Virus record (IMG/VR): IMGVR_UViG_3300046490_000097
Span: 1 to 35,448 of that record
Source of the DNA: a virus
Taxonomy: Duplodnaviria > Caudoviricetes
Direction: 5' to 3' (one strand)
Length of the DNA: 35,448 bases
Translations under genes and position numbers: made by a program
Shown: in pieces, positions 7,603 through 15,925 of the stretch
Position numbering within the stretch: position 1 is the stretch's first letter
Layout: each line of letters opens with the position of its first letter
The notes under the pieces: generated by a model
What the model was told of the DNA's origin: nothing
What the model saw: the letters and a program-made list of their open reading frames with translations, nothing else
Database searches by the model: none

Positions 7603-8493
7603 ATGGTCGAGAACGTGAAGATCGAGGAAACCGAGCTGACTCCGGAGCTGGCCGCGAAACTGCTGGCGAACCCGCACCCGGCGCAGCGAAGGCCGTCGAC
7701 GCTGGTCGTCGCCACATATGCCCGGGCGATCAGGGAGGGAAGGTGGCGCCTCATCGCCGATCCGATCCTCGTTGACCCCTCGGGCCTGATGTTCAACGGC
7801 GCGCACCGGTGCGCGGCTGTCATCTCCGCCGCGCAGTCGATCCCCGTGATGATCTGCTGGGACGCGGACGCTTCGACGTTCGACCTGATCGACATCGGCC
7901 GCAAGCGGAGCGCCTACCAGTTCGTGACTGCCGCCGACGCTACGCTACGGTCATCCGCGGCGCGCGTAACCCTCTGGTATGAGCGCCGGTTCGACCGGCC
8001 GCTCCAGCCCCGACACATCGCGTTCGACATGCACGAGATCATGACCGAGGTCGAGGCGCAGTCCAACGCCTTCGACGCCATGGGCAGGTGCGCCAAGACG
8101 ACCCACGAGTACACGGGACTCACGCCGTCCGTCGTCCTGGGTGCCTACTCGATCGCCTTCGGCATGGGGTGCTTGGCCGAGGTCGACGCATTCGTTGACG
8201 GCATCGTCAACCCGAATGACCTCCCGTCGGGGAGCCCGGCCCGCGCGCTGTCGGACCGCTTCCGCAAGCAGGACCATCGCGGGCGGCGGCGTGAGCTGGT
8301 GCAGGACTGGTCGATTCTCGTTCGGGCCCTGAACCTGTACGTCGAGGGGCGCAGCGTCAATCGGCTCGTCCTGAGCGATTTCTGGCCGCGTGTCGCGGAG
8401 TCGGAGGCCGACTTCAACCGGCGTCGTAACGCAGCCTCACACGCTCGAAAGACTCCCATCTATGGTGCTAGATCGGAGTCTCGTTCGGCGTAA
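7603..8493 (+). CDS. ParB/Srx-like N-terminal domain protein
   Basis: LTPELAAKLL..N...QR...V..YARAIREGRW....PI.VD..G.MFNGAHR..AV matches the phage ParB-like pattern, which usually reads DGQHR. GC is lower than in the flanks. Confidence 0.7.
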   Translation: MVENVKIEETELTPELAAKLLANPHPAQRRPSTLVVATYARAIREGRWRLIADPILVDPSGLMFNGAHRCAAVISAAQSIPVMICWDADASTFDLIDIGRKRSAYQFVTAADATLRSSAARVTLWYERRFDRPLQPRHIAFDMHEIMTEVEAQSNAFDAMGRCAKTTHEYTGLTPSVVLGAYSIAFGMGCLAEVDAFVDGIVNPNDLPSGSPARALSDRFRKQDHRGRRRELVQDWSILVRALNLYVEGRSVNRLVLSDFWPRVAESEADFNRRRNAASHARKTPIYGARSESRSA

Positions 8494-8503
8494 CATCCGC
8501 GTC

Positions 8504-9547
8504 ATGGTCGAGCGTCGGGCGCGCCGTGGGGACGGCAGCGTCTACTGGTCCAAGTCCATGCGGCGGTGGATCGCCAAGCACCCCAAGGCCGCCTCCCGCC
8601 GACGGTTCAGGACGGAGCCCGAGGCCGTCGACCAGCTCCGCGAGTGGCGCCGCCTGTACGGGCGCTCCGAGCGCAGGTTCGACGGCACGCTCGGCGAGTG
8701 GCTGGCCGAGTGGCTGCCCGCGCACTCCCGGAGCGTCCGCCCGTCGACGGCCACCAGCTACGCGGGGCACGTCAGGCTGCACATCTCCCCACTGCTGGGC
8801 GGCATCCCGCTCGCAGAGCTTCGCCCGTCCGACATCCGGCGCCTCGTGGCGGACTGCGCGGCGAACGGCCTGAGCCCCGGCACCACGCACCTCGTCATCC
8901 GCACGCTGTCCGTGGCGCTGAACGCCGCCGAGTCGGACGGCGTACTCGACAGGAGCCCGACGAGGGGCGTCAGGCTCCCGCGCCTCGAGCGACCCGGACC
9001 CGCCGCCATGACGCGGGACGACGCCGACGTCGTCCTCGCGGCCGTCGTCGGGACATGGCTGTGGCTGCCCGTCCGGGCGCTGCTCGGCTCGGGCCTCCGC
9101 GCCGGCGAGCTGTGCGGGCTCGACCAGGGCGACCTCGTGCTCCCCGCGCTGTACGTCCGGGTCCGCCTGACCAAGACGCAGCCGCGGGCCGTCCCCGTCA
9201 CGCGCGACGCGGCCGAGGCGCTCACCGAGCTCCTGCGCGCCGCCCCCCGTGTCGGGCCGGGTGAGCCCGTCCTGTTCGGGCCCCGGACGGGCGAGCGGCT
9301 GCGGGTGGGGTCGCTGTCGCACGCCTTCGGCAAGGCGCTCCAGGACGCCGGCCTGCCGCCGATGCGCGTCCACGACCTGCGGCACGGGGTCGCCACGATG
9401 ATGCTCACCAAGGGCAGTCCCATGCGCGCCATCGCGGACCAGCTCGGGCACCGCAACCCGAGCATGACGGCCCGCGTCTACGCCCACGTCGTGCCCGAGG
9501 TGCAGCGGCGCTCGCTCGACGCGATCGACGAGTCCCAGACCGGATAG
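8504..9547 (+). CDS. int: Tyrosine integrase
   Basis: RRGDGSVY N-terminal arm; catalytic residues in GLRAGE, TK, HDLRH, LGH and RVYAH. TAACAT (8491-8496) lies 7 nt before the ATG, suggesting a leaderless promoter. Confidence 0.95.
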   Translation: MVERRARRGDGSVYWSKSMRRWIAKHPKAASRRRFRTEPEAVDQLREWRRLYGRSERRFDGTLGEWLAEWLPAHSRSVRPSTATSYAGHVRLHISPLLGGIPLAELRPSDIRRLVADCAANGLSPGTTHLVIRTLSVALNAAESDGVLDRSPTRGVRLPRLERPGPAAMTRDDADVVLAAVVGTWLWLPVRALLGSGLRAGELCGLDQGDLVLPALYVRVRLTKTQPRAVPVTRDAAEALTELLRAAPRVGPGEPVLFGPRTGERLRVGSLSHAFGKALQDAGLPPMRVHDLRHGVATMMLTKGSPMRAIADQLGHRNPSMTARVYAHVVPEVQRRSLDAIDESQTG

Positions 9548-9722
9548 GGGTCCCGTAGGGGTCCCGTTTCCGATGATCCGTGCGGTGGGTCATCGGATTG
9601 TGGCTCCGAAGGTCACGGGTTCGAGCCCCGTAGGCCACCCCACTCCACGCACGATGCGCCCCGACAGGACGCGACACGGGCCGACACCGCCCGACACGGT
9701 AAGGGTCCCGTAGGGGTCCCGT
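9545..9722 (+). other. attP: core in a tRNA-His 3' half, flanked by arm-type repeats
   Basis: TAGGGGTCCCG occurs twice at 9545-9566 and TA(A/G)GGGTCCCG twice at 9700-9721. They flank the tRNA fragment directly downstream of int. Confidence 0.88.
9593..9642 (+). pseudogene. 3' half of tRNA-His(GTG) forming the attP core; not a complete tRNA
   Basis: Anticodon arm TCGGA-TTGTGGC-TCCGA, variable loop AGGTC, T arm ACGGG-TTCGAGC-CCCGT, acceptor strand AGGCCAC-C-CCA. No matching 5' acceptor strand or D arm lies upstream. Confidence 0.9.
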
Positions 9723-9746
9723 CCCGGCCCGACCGTGCCATTCGGC

Positions 9747-9764
9747 ATTGGCGTGCACGCCAAT
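9747..9764. promoter_or_regulatory. Perfect 18-bp palindrome upstream of the late operon
   Basis: ATTGGCGTGCACGCCAAT, with a -35-like TTGACC at 9792-9797. Function is inferred. Confidence 0.5.
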
Positions 9765-9984
9765 AGGAAACCGCCGCCGCGGCGCGCACCCTTGACCGGA
9801 TGCGAGCAGACCGCGACTCGACCCGCGACAGGCCCCGGCGGACCTCCCCCCTCGCCGCCGGGGCCGCTCCATCGCCCATTCCCACTGGCAGGCCCAGCTG
9901 CGAGTCCGTCCTGCCCGCCCGCCGGTGGGCGATGTACGCCGGCAACCCCCGCTCCCCGATGCTCCCCCGCCGCCCGGCGATCCG

Positions 9985-10497
9985 ATGGCGCTCCGCCTCG
10001 TGACCGAGCAGCACGAGGACCACGCCGCGGCCGTGGCCGCCGTCGCCGCGGTCGCCGCGGTCGCGCCCGTCGCCGCGGTCGCGGCCAGCACGCCGTCCCT
10101 GTCCGCGGCCGAGGTCACGGCGCTCGTCGGGCTGTTCCAGGGGATGCTCAGCGGGACGGAGAACCGGATCCTCGCGGCGATGGCGGACAACAGCCGAGCC
10201 GCCGGCGAGCGGTGGGCCAAGCACGACGCCGAGCTCGCGGCGAACACCGCCCGCGTCACCGCCCGCTTCCTCGACCTCGACGCTCGCCTCCAGACGACGG
10301 CCGACACGCTCCAGGCGTACCTGTCCCGCGAGCACGACGACGACGTCCGCATGGAGGCCCGGATCAAGCCGCTGCGCGGGAGCATCGCGTGGCTCTGGCT
10401 GAACCGCCGGGACATCGTGATCGTCCTGATCGGCCTCGGCGTCTTCTCGACGTTCATCGTCGAGGCGGTCGGCCGGATCACGGGGGCCGGCTCGTGA
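9985..10497 (+). CDS. Coiled-coil protein with C-terminal TM helix (probable lysis accessory)
   Basis: Helical heptad-like middle, terminal hydrophobic segment and AAV tripeptide repeat; first gene of the lysis cluster. Start is uncertain. Confidence 0.65.
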   Translation: MALRLVTEQHEDHAAAVAAVAAVAAVAPVAAVAASTPSLSAAEVTALVGLFQGMLSGTENRILAAMADNSRAAGERWAKHDAELAANTARVTARFLDLDARLQTTADTLQAYLSREHDDDVRMEARIKPLRGSIAWLWLNRRDIVIVLIGLGVFSTFIVEAVGRITGAGS

Positions 10498-11279
10498 CCT
10501 ACCGGCACGTCCACGTCTCCGAGGTCCCCGACAGCCCGGTCGTCGAGTGCACTACTGCGTCGGTGCTCGAGGTCGCCCGCGCCGTGATGAACGGCCTGTC
10601 CGGGCAGCCGCCCGCCACCGCGGCCGAGCGCGAGCACCTGCGCGCCGCGTCCGGGGCGCCCGACGACCACGGGGCGAGCATCCCGCTCATCGCCGCCGGC
10701 GCGCACCGCCGCTACGGCATCACGCTCGCCGTGGGCGCGCTCCCCGACCTCGACGCGCTCCCCGAGGGCGCGTTCCTCGCGGTCCAGGGCGACTACCACG
10801 TCCTCCCCGCCCACCTCCAGCGCTGGGACCCCCACTTCGCGCTCCACCCCGGCGCCGGCCACTGCGTCAGCGTCTTCCGGCTGGGCGCCCTGCGCTGGTG
10901 CGACCCGCTCGCGCCGTGGGGCGCCTACGCCGGGGAGCCCGTCGTGCCGTCCGTGGTGCGCGCCTACTTCATGAGCCTGCCCGGAGCCCAGACGGCGCGC
11001 GGCCAGCTCCGCCTGCCCCTGCCAGCCGACCCGCCCGCCTCGCTCGGGAAGCGCCCGGGATACGCCGAGGGCTGGGTCTCCGTGAGCGGCTCGTTCTTCC
11101 GCTGGCACCCGGGGCCGCGGCGCTCGTCGCACTCGGGGCTGTTCAGCGCGTGGGCCTCGCCGCACCGCCTCGCGTGGGACGGCGGCGTGAGGGACGGCTA
11201 CGAGCTGCTCGGCGGCGCGTACAAGGGCTGGCTCGTGTTCCCCGGATCGAACGTGACCTACCGCGAGGTGACCCCGTGA
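10494..11279 (+). CDS. Putative lysin: papain-like (C39-like) cysteine peptidase plus C-terminal binding domain
   Basis: Putative Cys-His-Asp triad in ECTTAS...GHCVSV...WCDPL; lies between membrane-protein genes. Confidence 0.7.
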   Translation: MTYRHVHVSEVPDSPVVECTTASVLEVARAVMNGLSGQPPATAAEREHLRAASGAPDDHGASIPLIAAGAHRRYGITLAVGALPDLDALPEGAFLAVQGDYHVLPAHLQRWDPHFALHPGAGHCVSVFRLGALRWCDPLAPWGAYAGEPVVPSVVRAYFMSLPGAQTARGQLRLPLPADPPASLGKRPGYAEGWVSVSGSFFRWHPGPRRSSHSGLFSAWASPHRLAWDGGVRDGYELLGGAYKGWLVFPGSNVTYREVTP

Positions 11280-11638
11280 ACCTGACCCTCGACGCCGTCC
11301 TGACAGCGGGCGGCGTCACCGCATCGGCGGCCCTCATCACCGGGATCATCGCCGTCCTCAAGCAGGTGCGCGGGATCGGGCAGGTCGTGACGGGGAACGA
11401 GCCGACGACGGCGTTCATCCTCTCCGCCCTGCTCACGGCCGCGTCCTTCGCGTCCATCGGGGTCTACACGCCCGAGGCGGCGTTCGTCGCCGTGCTCGCG
11501 TGGTTCGGCATCGCCCAGATCGCGATGGGCGTGCACGACACGGTGAAGTCGCTGACGATGCCCGCCCCCGTGACGGTCACCGCCACCCCGCCGCCGTCGC
11601 AGACGCCGCTGCCGCGGGGAAGCGAGCCCCGGCCGTGA
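11276..11638 (+). CDS. Holin-like membrane protein
   Basis: About three hydrophobic segments, ITGIIAVLKQ motif, directly follows the lysin. Confidence 0.7.
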   Translation: MNLTLDAVLTAGGVTASAALITGIIAVLKQVRGIGQVVTGNEPTTAFILSALLTAASFASIGVYTPEAAFVAVLAWFGIAQIAMGVHDTVKSLTMPAPVTVTATPPPSQTPLPRGSEPRP

Positions 11639-11772
11639 GCGTCCCGACCGCGCTCGTCATCGCCGCGCTCGTCGTGGCGCTCGTGGACGAGGTCATGACG
11701 CGCGGCAGGAGCCTGCTGGGCTGGGCCGTCGTGCTCGTCTGCGCCGCGCTGCTCTGGGGGCGACTCTCCTGA
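11635..11772 (+). CDS. Small two-TM membrane protein
   Basis: VSVPTALVIAALVVALVDEVMTRGRSLLGWAVVLVCAALLWGRLS, with GTGA overlap. Confidence 0.7.
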   Translation: MSVPTALVIAALVVALVDEVMTRGRSLLGWAVVLVCAALLWGRLS

Positions 11773-11773
11773 C

Positions 11774-12223
11774 ATGCGAAGCGTCGCCATCGTCTCTGGG
11801 CTGGTCGAGATCGCGGCGCGAGCCGTCCGGCCGCGTCCTCCGCGCCGCGACGAGGCGAGGGGTGGGGTAGCACCCGCCGATCGCTCGAGATCTAAGACCG
11901 GCGCTCCCGTTTTTCTCTCTCCCCCAGCCACTCCCGAGCCCGCGCCGAGGTCCACCGACCGCCGCTACCGGACCCAGCGGTGGCGCAGGCTCCGGGAGGC
12001 CGTCCTCCGGCGCGACGGGTACGCGTGCCGGGTCGTCGCGGGCTGCCAGGCGCGGGCGACGGTCGCCGACCACGTCTCGCCCGTCTACCCGGGGATGCCG
12101 GACGACGAGTTCTTCGACCCCCGCAACCTCCGGGCCTCCTGCCGCCGCCACAACCTGGCGCGGGGCTTCGCGGCCCAGCTCGACTCGGCCCCGACGGGCG
12201 TCGTGACCGGGGACTACTCCTGA
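11774..12223 (+). CDS. Terminase-associated HNH endonuclease
   Basis: YRTQRWRRLREAVLRRDGYAC...ADHV.P...FFDPRNLRASCRRHN, with TGATG coupling to terL. Start is uncertain. Confidence 0.85.
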   Translation: MRSVAIVSGLVEIAARAVRPRPPRRDEARGGVAPADRSRSKTGAPVFLSPPATPEPAPRSTDRRYRTQRWRRLREAVLRRDGYACRVVAGCQARATVADHVSPVYPGMPDDEFFDPRNLRASCRRHNLARGFAAQLDSAPTGVVTGDYS

Positions 12224-13641
12224 TGCTCGCGGTCGCGGTCGAGGAAGCGCTCTACGGGAGCGCGAGGCCGCGCGTCGCCCCGCCCGTCCCGGCCCTCTCG
12301 CGGCTCGACCTGTACCTCTCCGAGTGCGAGTGCATCGGCGTCGAGCCCTTCCCGTGGCAGGAGGAGGCCGGGCGCTACCTCTACGGCGTCGGGCCCGACG
12401 GCCTGTGGCTCTACCCCGAGGTGGCCGAGCTCGTCGCCCGCCAGAACGGCAAGACCGAGCAGCTCGTGCCGCACGTCGCCACCCGGCTCGTGATGGGCCG
12501 GCGGATCATGCACACCGCTCAGAACCGGGAGCTCCCCCGCGAGGTGTTCGGCCGGGTCGCCGACCACTTCGAGACGCGCCACGCGGGCCTCCTGTCGCGG
12601 AAGCCGAGGTTCGCGAACGGCCAGGAGGAGATCCGCCTCGAGAACGGCGGCCACTACCGCATCGTGGCGCCGACGCGGGGCGGGGCCCGCGGCCCGTCCA
12701 ACGACGACGTGATCGTCGACGAGGTCCGCGAGCTCGACTCGCACGACTTCATCGCCGCCGCCAAGCCCACGATGAACGCCTCGCCCAACCCGCAGATCCT
12801 CTACCTGTCCAACATGGGCGACGAGTCGTCCGAGGTGCTCAACGCGATCCTCCAGCGCTCGTCCGAGGACCCGGCCCTCGCCTGCCTCCAGTGGTCGGCT
12901 GCCCCGTCCAGAGACGCCGGCGACGTCGCGGGCTGGCTCGAGGCGAACCCGTCGGTCGGGCACCTGCCCCACGTCATGGCGAACCTCGAGCGCGAGTACC
13001 GCTCGCACCGCCTCGGCGGGACGCTGGCCGTCTGGGAGACCGAGCACCTCTGCCGCGCCGTCGCGTCGATGCGCGAGCGGCTGGTCGACGCCGCGGCCTG
13101 GTCGCGCGGGGAGGCCGAGCTGGGCGAGCCGACGCGCCCCGTCATGGCGGTCTCGCTCGACCCCCGAGGGACGCGGGCCAGCGCCGCCATCGCGTGGGCG
13201 GACGCCGACGGGCGGGTGTCCCTGCGGATGCTCTTCGACGTCACCGGCAGCCCGATCAACACCGACAAGCTCGGCCGCGACCTGCGCGAGGCCGCGGCGT
13301 CCCGCGGGGTGCAGGTCGTCGGGTTCGACCCGCTGACCGACGCCCTGCTGGCGAAGTTCTTCCCGCAGTCCGAGGCCGTGGCCGGCCAGAAGTTCGCGAA
13401 CGCGACCGCCCGGTTCGTGTCCTCCGTCGAGTCGGGCCGCCTCTCGTGGGCGGACTGCTCCGCCGTCACGGCCGACCTCGCGTTCACGACGCGCAAGGAC
13501 CACGACGAGTCGGGCAGCTTCCAGGCGGTCCGCGGCAACGACGACCGGCCCATCACCGCATCGCTGGCGGCCATCCGCGCCGTGTGGCTGGCGTCGGAGC
13601 CGTCCGCGGCCCGGCGGCCCTACCGCCGGGGCAGCTTCTAG
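12223..13641 (+). CDS. terL: Terminase large subunit
   Basis: PFPWQ Q motif, Walker A VARQNGKT, Walker B VIVDE, W..ANPS, C-terminal nuclease region. Confidence 0.95.
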   Translation: MLAVAVEEALYGSARPRVAPPVPALSRLDLYLSECECIGVEPFPWQEEAGRYLYGVGPDGLWLYPEVAELVARQNGKTEQLVPHVATRLVMGRRIMHTAQNRELPREVFGRVADHFETRHAGLLSRKPRFANGQEEIRLENGGHYRIVAPTRGGARGPSNDDVIVDEVRELDSHDFIAAAKPTMNASPNPQILYLSNMGDESSEVLNAILQRSSEDPALACLQWSAAPSRDAGDVAGWLEANPSVGHLPHVMANLEREYRSHRLGGTLAVWETEHLCRAVASMRERLVDAAAWSRGEAELGEPTRPVMAVSLDPRGTRASAAIAWADADGRVSLRMLFDVTGSPINTDKLGRDLREAAASRGVQVVGFDPLTDALLAKFFPQSEAVAGQKFANATARFVSSVESGRLSWADCSAVTADLAFTTRKDHDESGSFQAVRGNDDRPITASLAAIRAVWLASEPSAARRPYRRGSF

Positions 13642-13652
13642 AGGTGACCGCC

Positions 13653-15149
13653 GTGGACGACCCCGCCCTGTCCCCCTCCCCGACCGGGGCCTTCGGCTCG
13701 TCCGAGTGGTGGATCTCGCGGCTGTCGCTCGAGCTCGACAGGCGCGCCGCGCCGATGACGCGGTTCGACGACTACTACCAGGGCCGCCACCCCATGCTGT
13801 ACGCCGGGTCGAAGTACCGGGCGGCGTTCGGGTCGCTGTTCGCCGGGTTCTCGGACAACTTCTGCGGGCTCGTGGTGGACGCGGTCGAGGAGCGGCTCGA
13901 CGTCGAGGGCTTCAGGATGGGCCGGGACGGGCAGGCCGACGCCGACGCCTGGCGCATCTGGCAGGAGAACGGCCTCGACGCGTGGTCCCAGATCGCCCAC
14001 ACCGAGGCGCTCGTCAAGGGCCAGGCGTCGGTGCTCGTCTGGGTGGACGAGGACGAGTCCGACGCGGCCGAGGTCACCGTCCAGGACCCGCTCGAGATGG
14101 CCGTCGCGACCGACCGGGCGTCCGGCTGCCGGCGCGCCGCCCTGAAGCGGTGGCTGGAGGACGACGGGTCGACCCGCTTCACCCTCTACATGCCCGACCG
14201 CATCGAGAAGTGGCAGACGGCCCCCCGCGGCCAGCGGCCCGCCACGGTGCTCCGCGTCGGCCAGCACGCGCTCGTGCCCCGCGACGTCCCGGGCGAGGCG
14301 TGGCCGCTCCCGAACCCCCTCGGCGACGTCCCGGTGGTGCCGCTCCGCAACCGCCCGCGCCTGCGGGGCGACGGCGTGTCCGAGCTGGTCCCGGTGATCC
14401 CCCTCCAGAACGCGCTCAACAAGCTGTTCCTCGACATGTTCGTCGCCTCGGAGTTCTCGGCCTTCCGCCAGCGCTACGCGGTCGGGCTCGAGCTCGAGGT
14501 GGACCCGGACACCGGGCGCGTCGTCGAGCCGTACCAGGCGGGGCCAGGCCAGCTCTGGGCCGAGGAGAACCCGAACGTGAAGTTCGGCGACTTCGCGGTC
14601 ACCGACCTCGCCAACTACCGGGGCGCGCTCGAGACGGTGATCCAGCACATCGCGAGCATCACCCGGACGCCGGCCCACTACCTCATGGGCAACGCGGGAT
14701 CGTTCCCGTCGGGCGAGTCGCTCGCGGCCACCGAGACGGGCCTGACGCGGAAGGCCGAGCGGAAGCAGCGGTTCCTCGGGGAGTCGTGGGAGGAGGTCAT
14801 CCGGCTCGCGTTCGCCGTCCAGGGCGACCCGCGCGGCGGGATCGAGGACGGCGAGACCATCTGGCGCGACCCGGAGAGCCGCAACGAGGCGGCGCACGTC
14901 GACTCGCTCGTCAAGCTCAAGGCGCTCCACGTCCCGGACGAGATGCTCTGGGAGATGGCCGGGCTCACCCCGCAGCAGATCGCGCGGGCGAAGGGGATCA
15001 ACGCCGGGACGGCCCCCGCCGCGGACCCGCCCGGCGAGCCGGCCGCCGACGGCGGCGGGCCGATGGACATGCCCCCCGCCGCGGGCGGCGGGGCGAACGG
15101 GCTCCCGATGGAGGCCACGACAGGCGCGCCGGACGCCCCGTCCCGGTGA
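13653..15149 (+). CDS. Portal protein (SPP1 gp6-like)
   Basis: YYQGRH, NFCGLVVDAVEERL, NPLGDVPVVPL.NRP, SGESL. Alternative start at 13644. Confidence 0.92.
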   Translation: MDDPALSPSPTGAFGSSEWWISRLSLELDRRAAPMTRFDDYYQGRHPMLYAGSKYRAAFGSLFAGFSDNFCGLVVDAVEERLDVEGFRMGRDGQADADAWRIWQENGLDAWSQIAHTEALVKGQASVLVWVDEDESDAAEVTVQDPLEMAVATDRASGCRRAALKRWLEDDGSTRFTLYMPDRIEKWQTAPRGQRPATVLRVGQHALVPRDVPGEAWPLPNPLGDVPVVPLRNRPRLRGDGVSELVPVIPLQNALNKLFLDMFVASEFSAFRQRYAVGLELEVDPDTGRVVEPYQAGPGQLWAEENPNVKFGDFAVTDLANYRGALETVIQHIASITRTPAHYLMGNAGSFPSGESLAATETGLTRKAERKQRFLGESWEEVIRLAFAVQGDPRGGIEDGETIWRDPESRNEAAHVDSLVKLKALHVPDEMLWEMAGLTPQQIARAKGINAGTAPAADPPGEPAADGGGPMDMPPAAGGGANGLPMEATTGAPDAPSR

Positions 15150-15185
15150 CGCCCGACACTTGCGCTAGGAGGCGATCCGCGTACC

Positions 15186-15833
15186 ATGCCTGACACGACC
15201 ACTCCCACCGCGGGCGCGACGCCCGTCGAGCCGGGCGCGACGCCCGGCCAGAGCGCACCGGCGCAGAGCGACGCGGCCCCCGCGACGGGGACCGACGAGC
15301 CGCTCGGCGACGCGGGCAAGGGGGCGCTCCAGGCGGAGCGCAAGGCGGCCCGGGACGCGGTTAAGCGCGCCGAGGCGGCCGAGCGCGAGCTGGAGGCGCT
15401 CCGCACCGCGAGTCTGTCCGACCACGAGAAGGCCATCGCCGCGGCCCGCAAGGAGGGCTCCGACGAGGCGTCCGCCCGGGCAGACGCGATCGTCCGCCGC
15501 TCGGAGGTCCGCCGCGTGCTCGCCCAGGCCGGCTGCATCGACCCGTCCGCCATCGACCTCTCCTCGTTCTCCGGCCTCGCGGTCGGCGAGGACGGCGAGG
15601 TCGACGGCGTGGAGAGGGCCGTCACCGCGTACCGCGCAGCGCACCCCGCCCTGTTCGCCGCGAGGCGCCCGGCGGGATCCGCCGACGCCGCCAGCCCGAC
15701 CGGCGCCGGCGCGCCGGCCACGTTCACCCCGGGCCAGATCAAGGCCATGACCCCCGACGAGTTCGAGCGCAACCGCCCGGCCATCTTCGAGGCGATGGCG
15801 TCGGGACGCATCCCGAGGGGGCCCTCCGCATAG
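15186..15833 (+). CDS. Head scaffolding protein
   Basis: LGDAGKGALQAERKA coiled coil and LSDHEKAI; lies between portal and capsid genes; AGGAGG RBS. Confidence 0.85.
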   Translation: MPDTTTPTAGATPVEPGATPGQSAPAQSDAAPATGTDEPLGDAGKGALQAERKAARDAVKRAEAAERELEALRTASLSDHEKAIAAARKEGSDEASARADAIVRRSEVRRVLAQAGCIDPSAIDLSSFSGLAVGEDGEVDGVERAVTAYRAAHPALFAARRPAGSADAASPTGAGAPATFTPGQIKAMTPDEFERNRPAIFEAMASGRIPRGPSA

Positions 15834-15925
15834 CACCGAAGGCGGCCCTCGGGCCGCACCCCGCGTCGCCCGAGTGCGAGTGAAGGCGACACCGGCGGGC
15901 CCTCCCTACTCGCGGGAGCTACCGA

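Noticed and set aside
9560-9642. Complete tRNA gene
   Set aside because: No 5' acceptor strand complementary to AGGCCAC and no D arm are present.
10024-10086. 9-nt repeat as a regulatory element
   Set aside because: It is explained as an in-frame AAV low-complexity linker.
15160-15187. Promoter-like TTGCGC-16 nt-TACCAT
   Set aside because: It overlaps the scaffold RBS and start codon and would initiate inside the gene; a chance match is likely.
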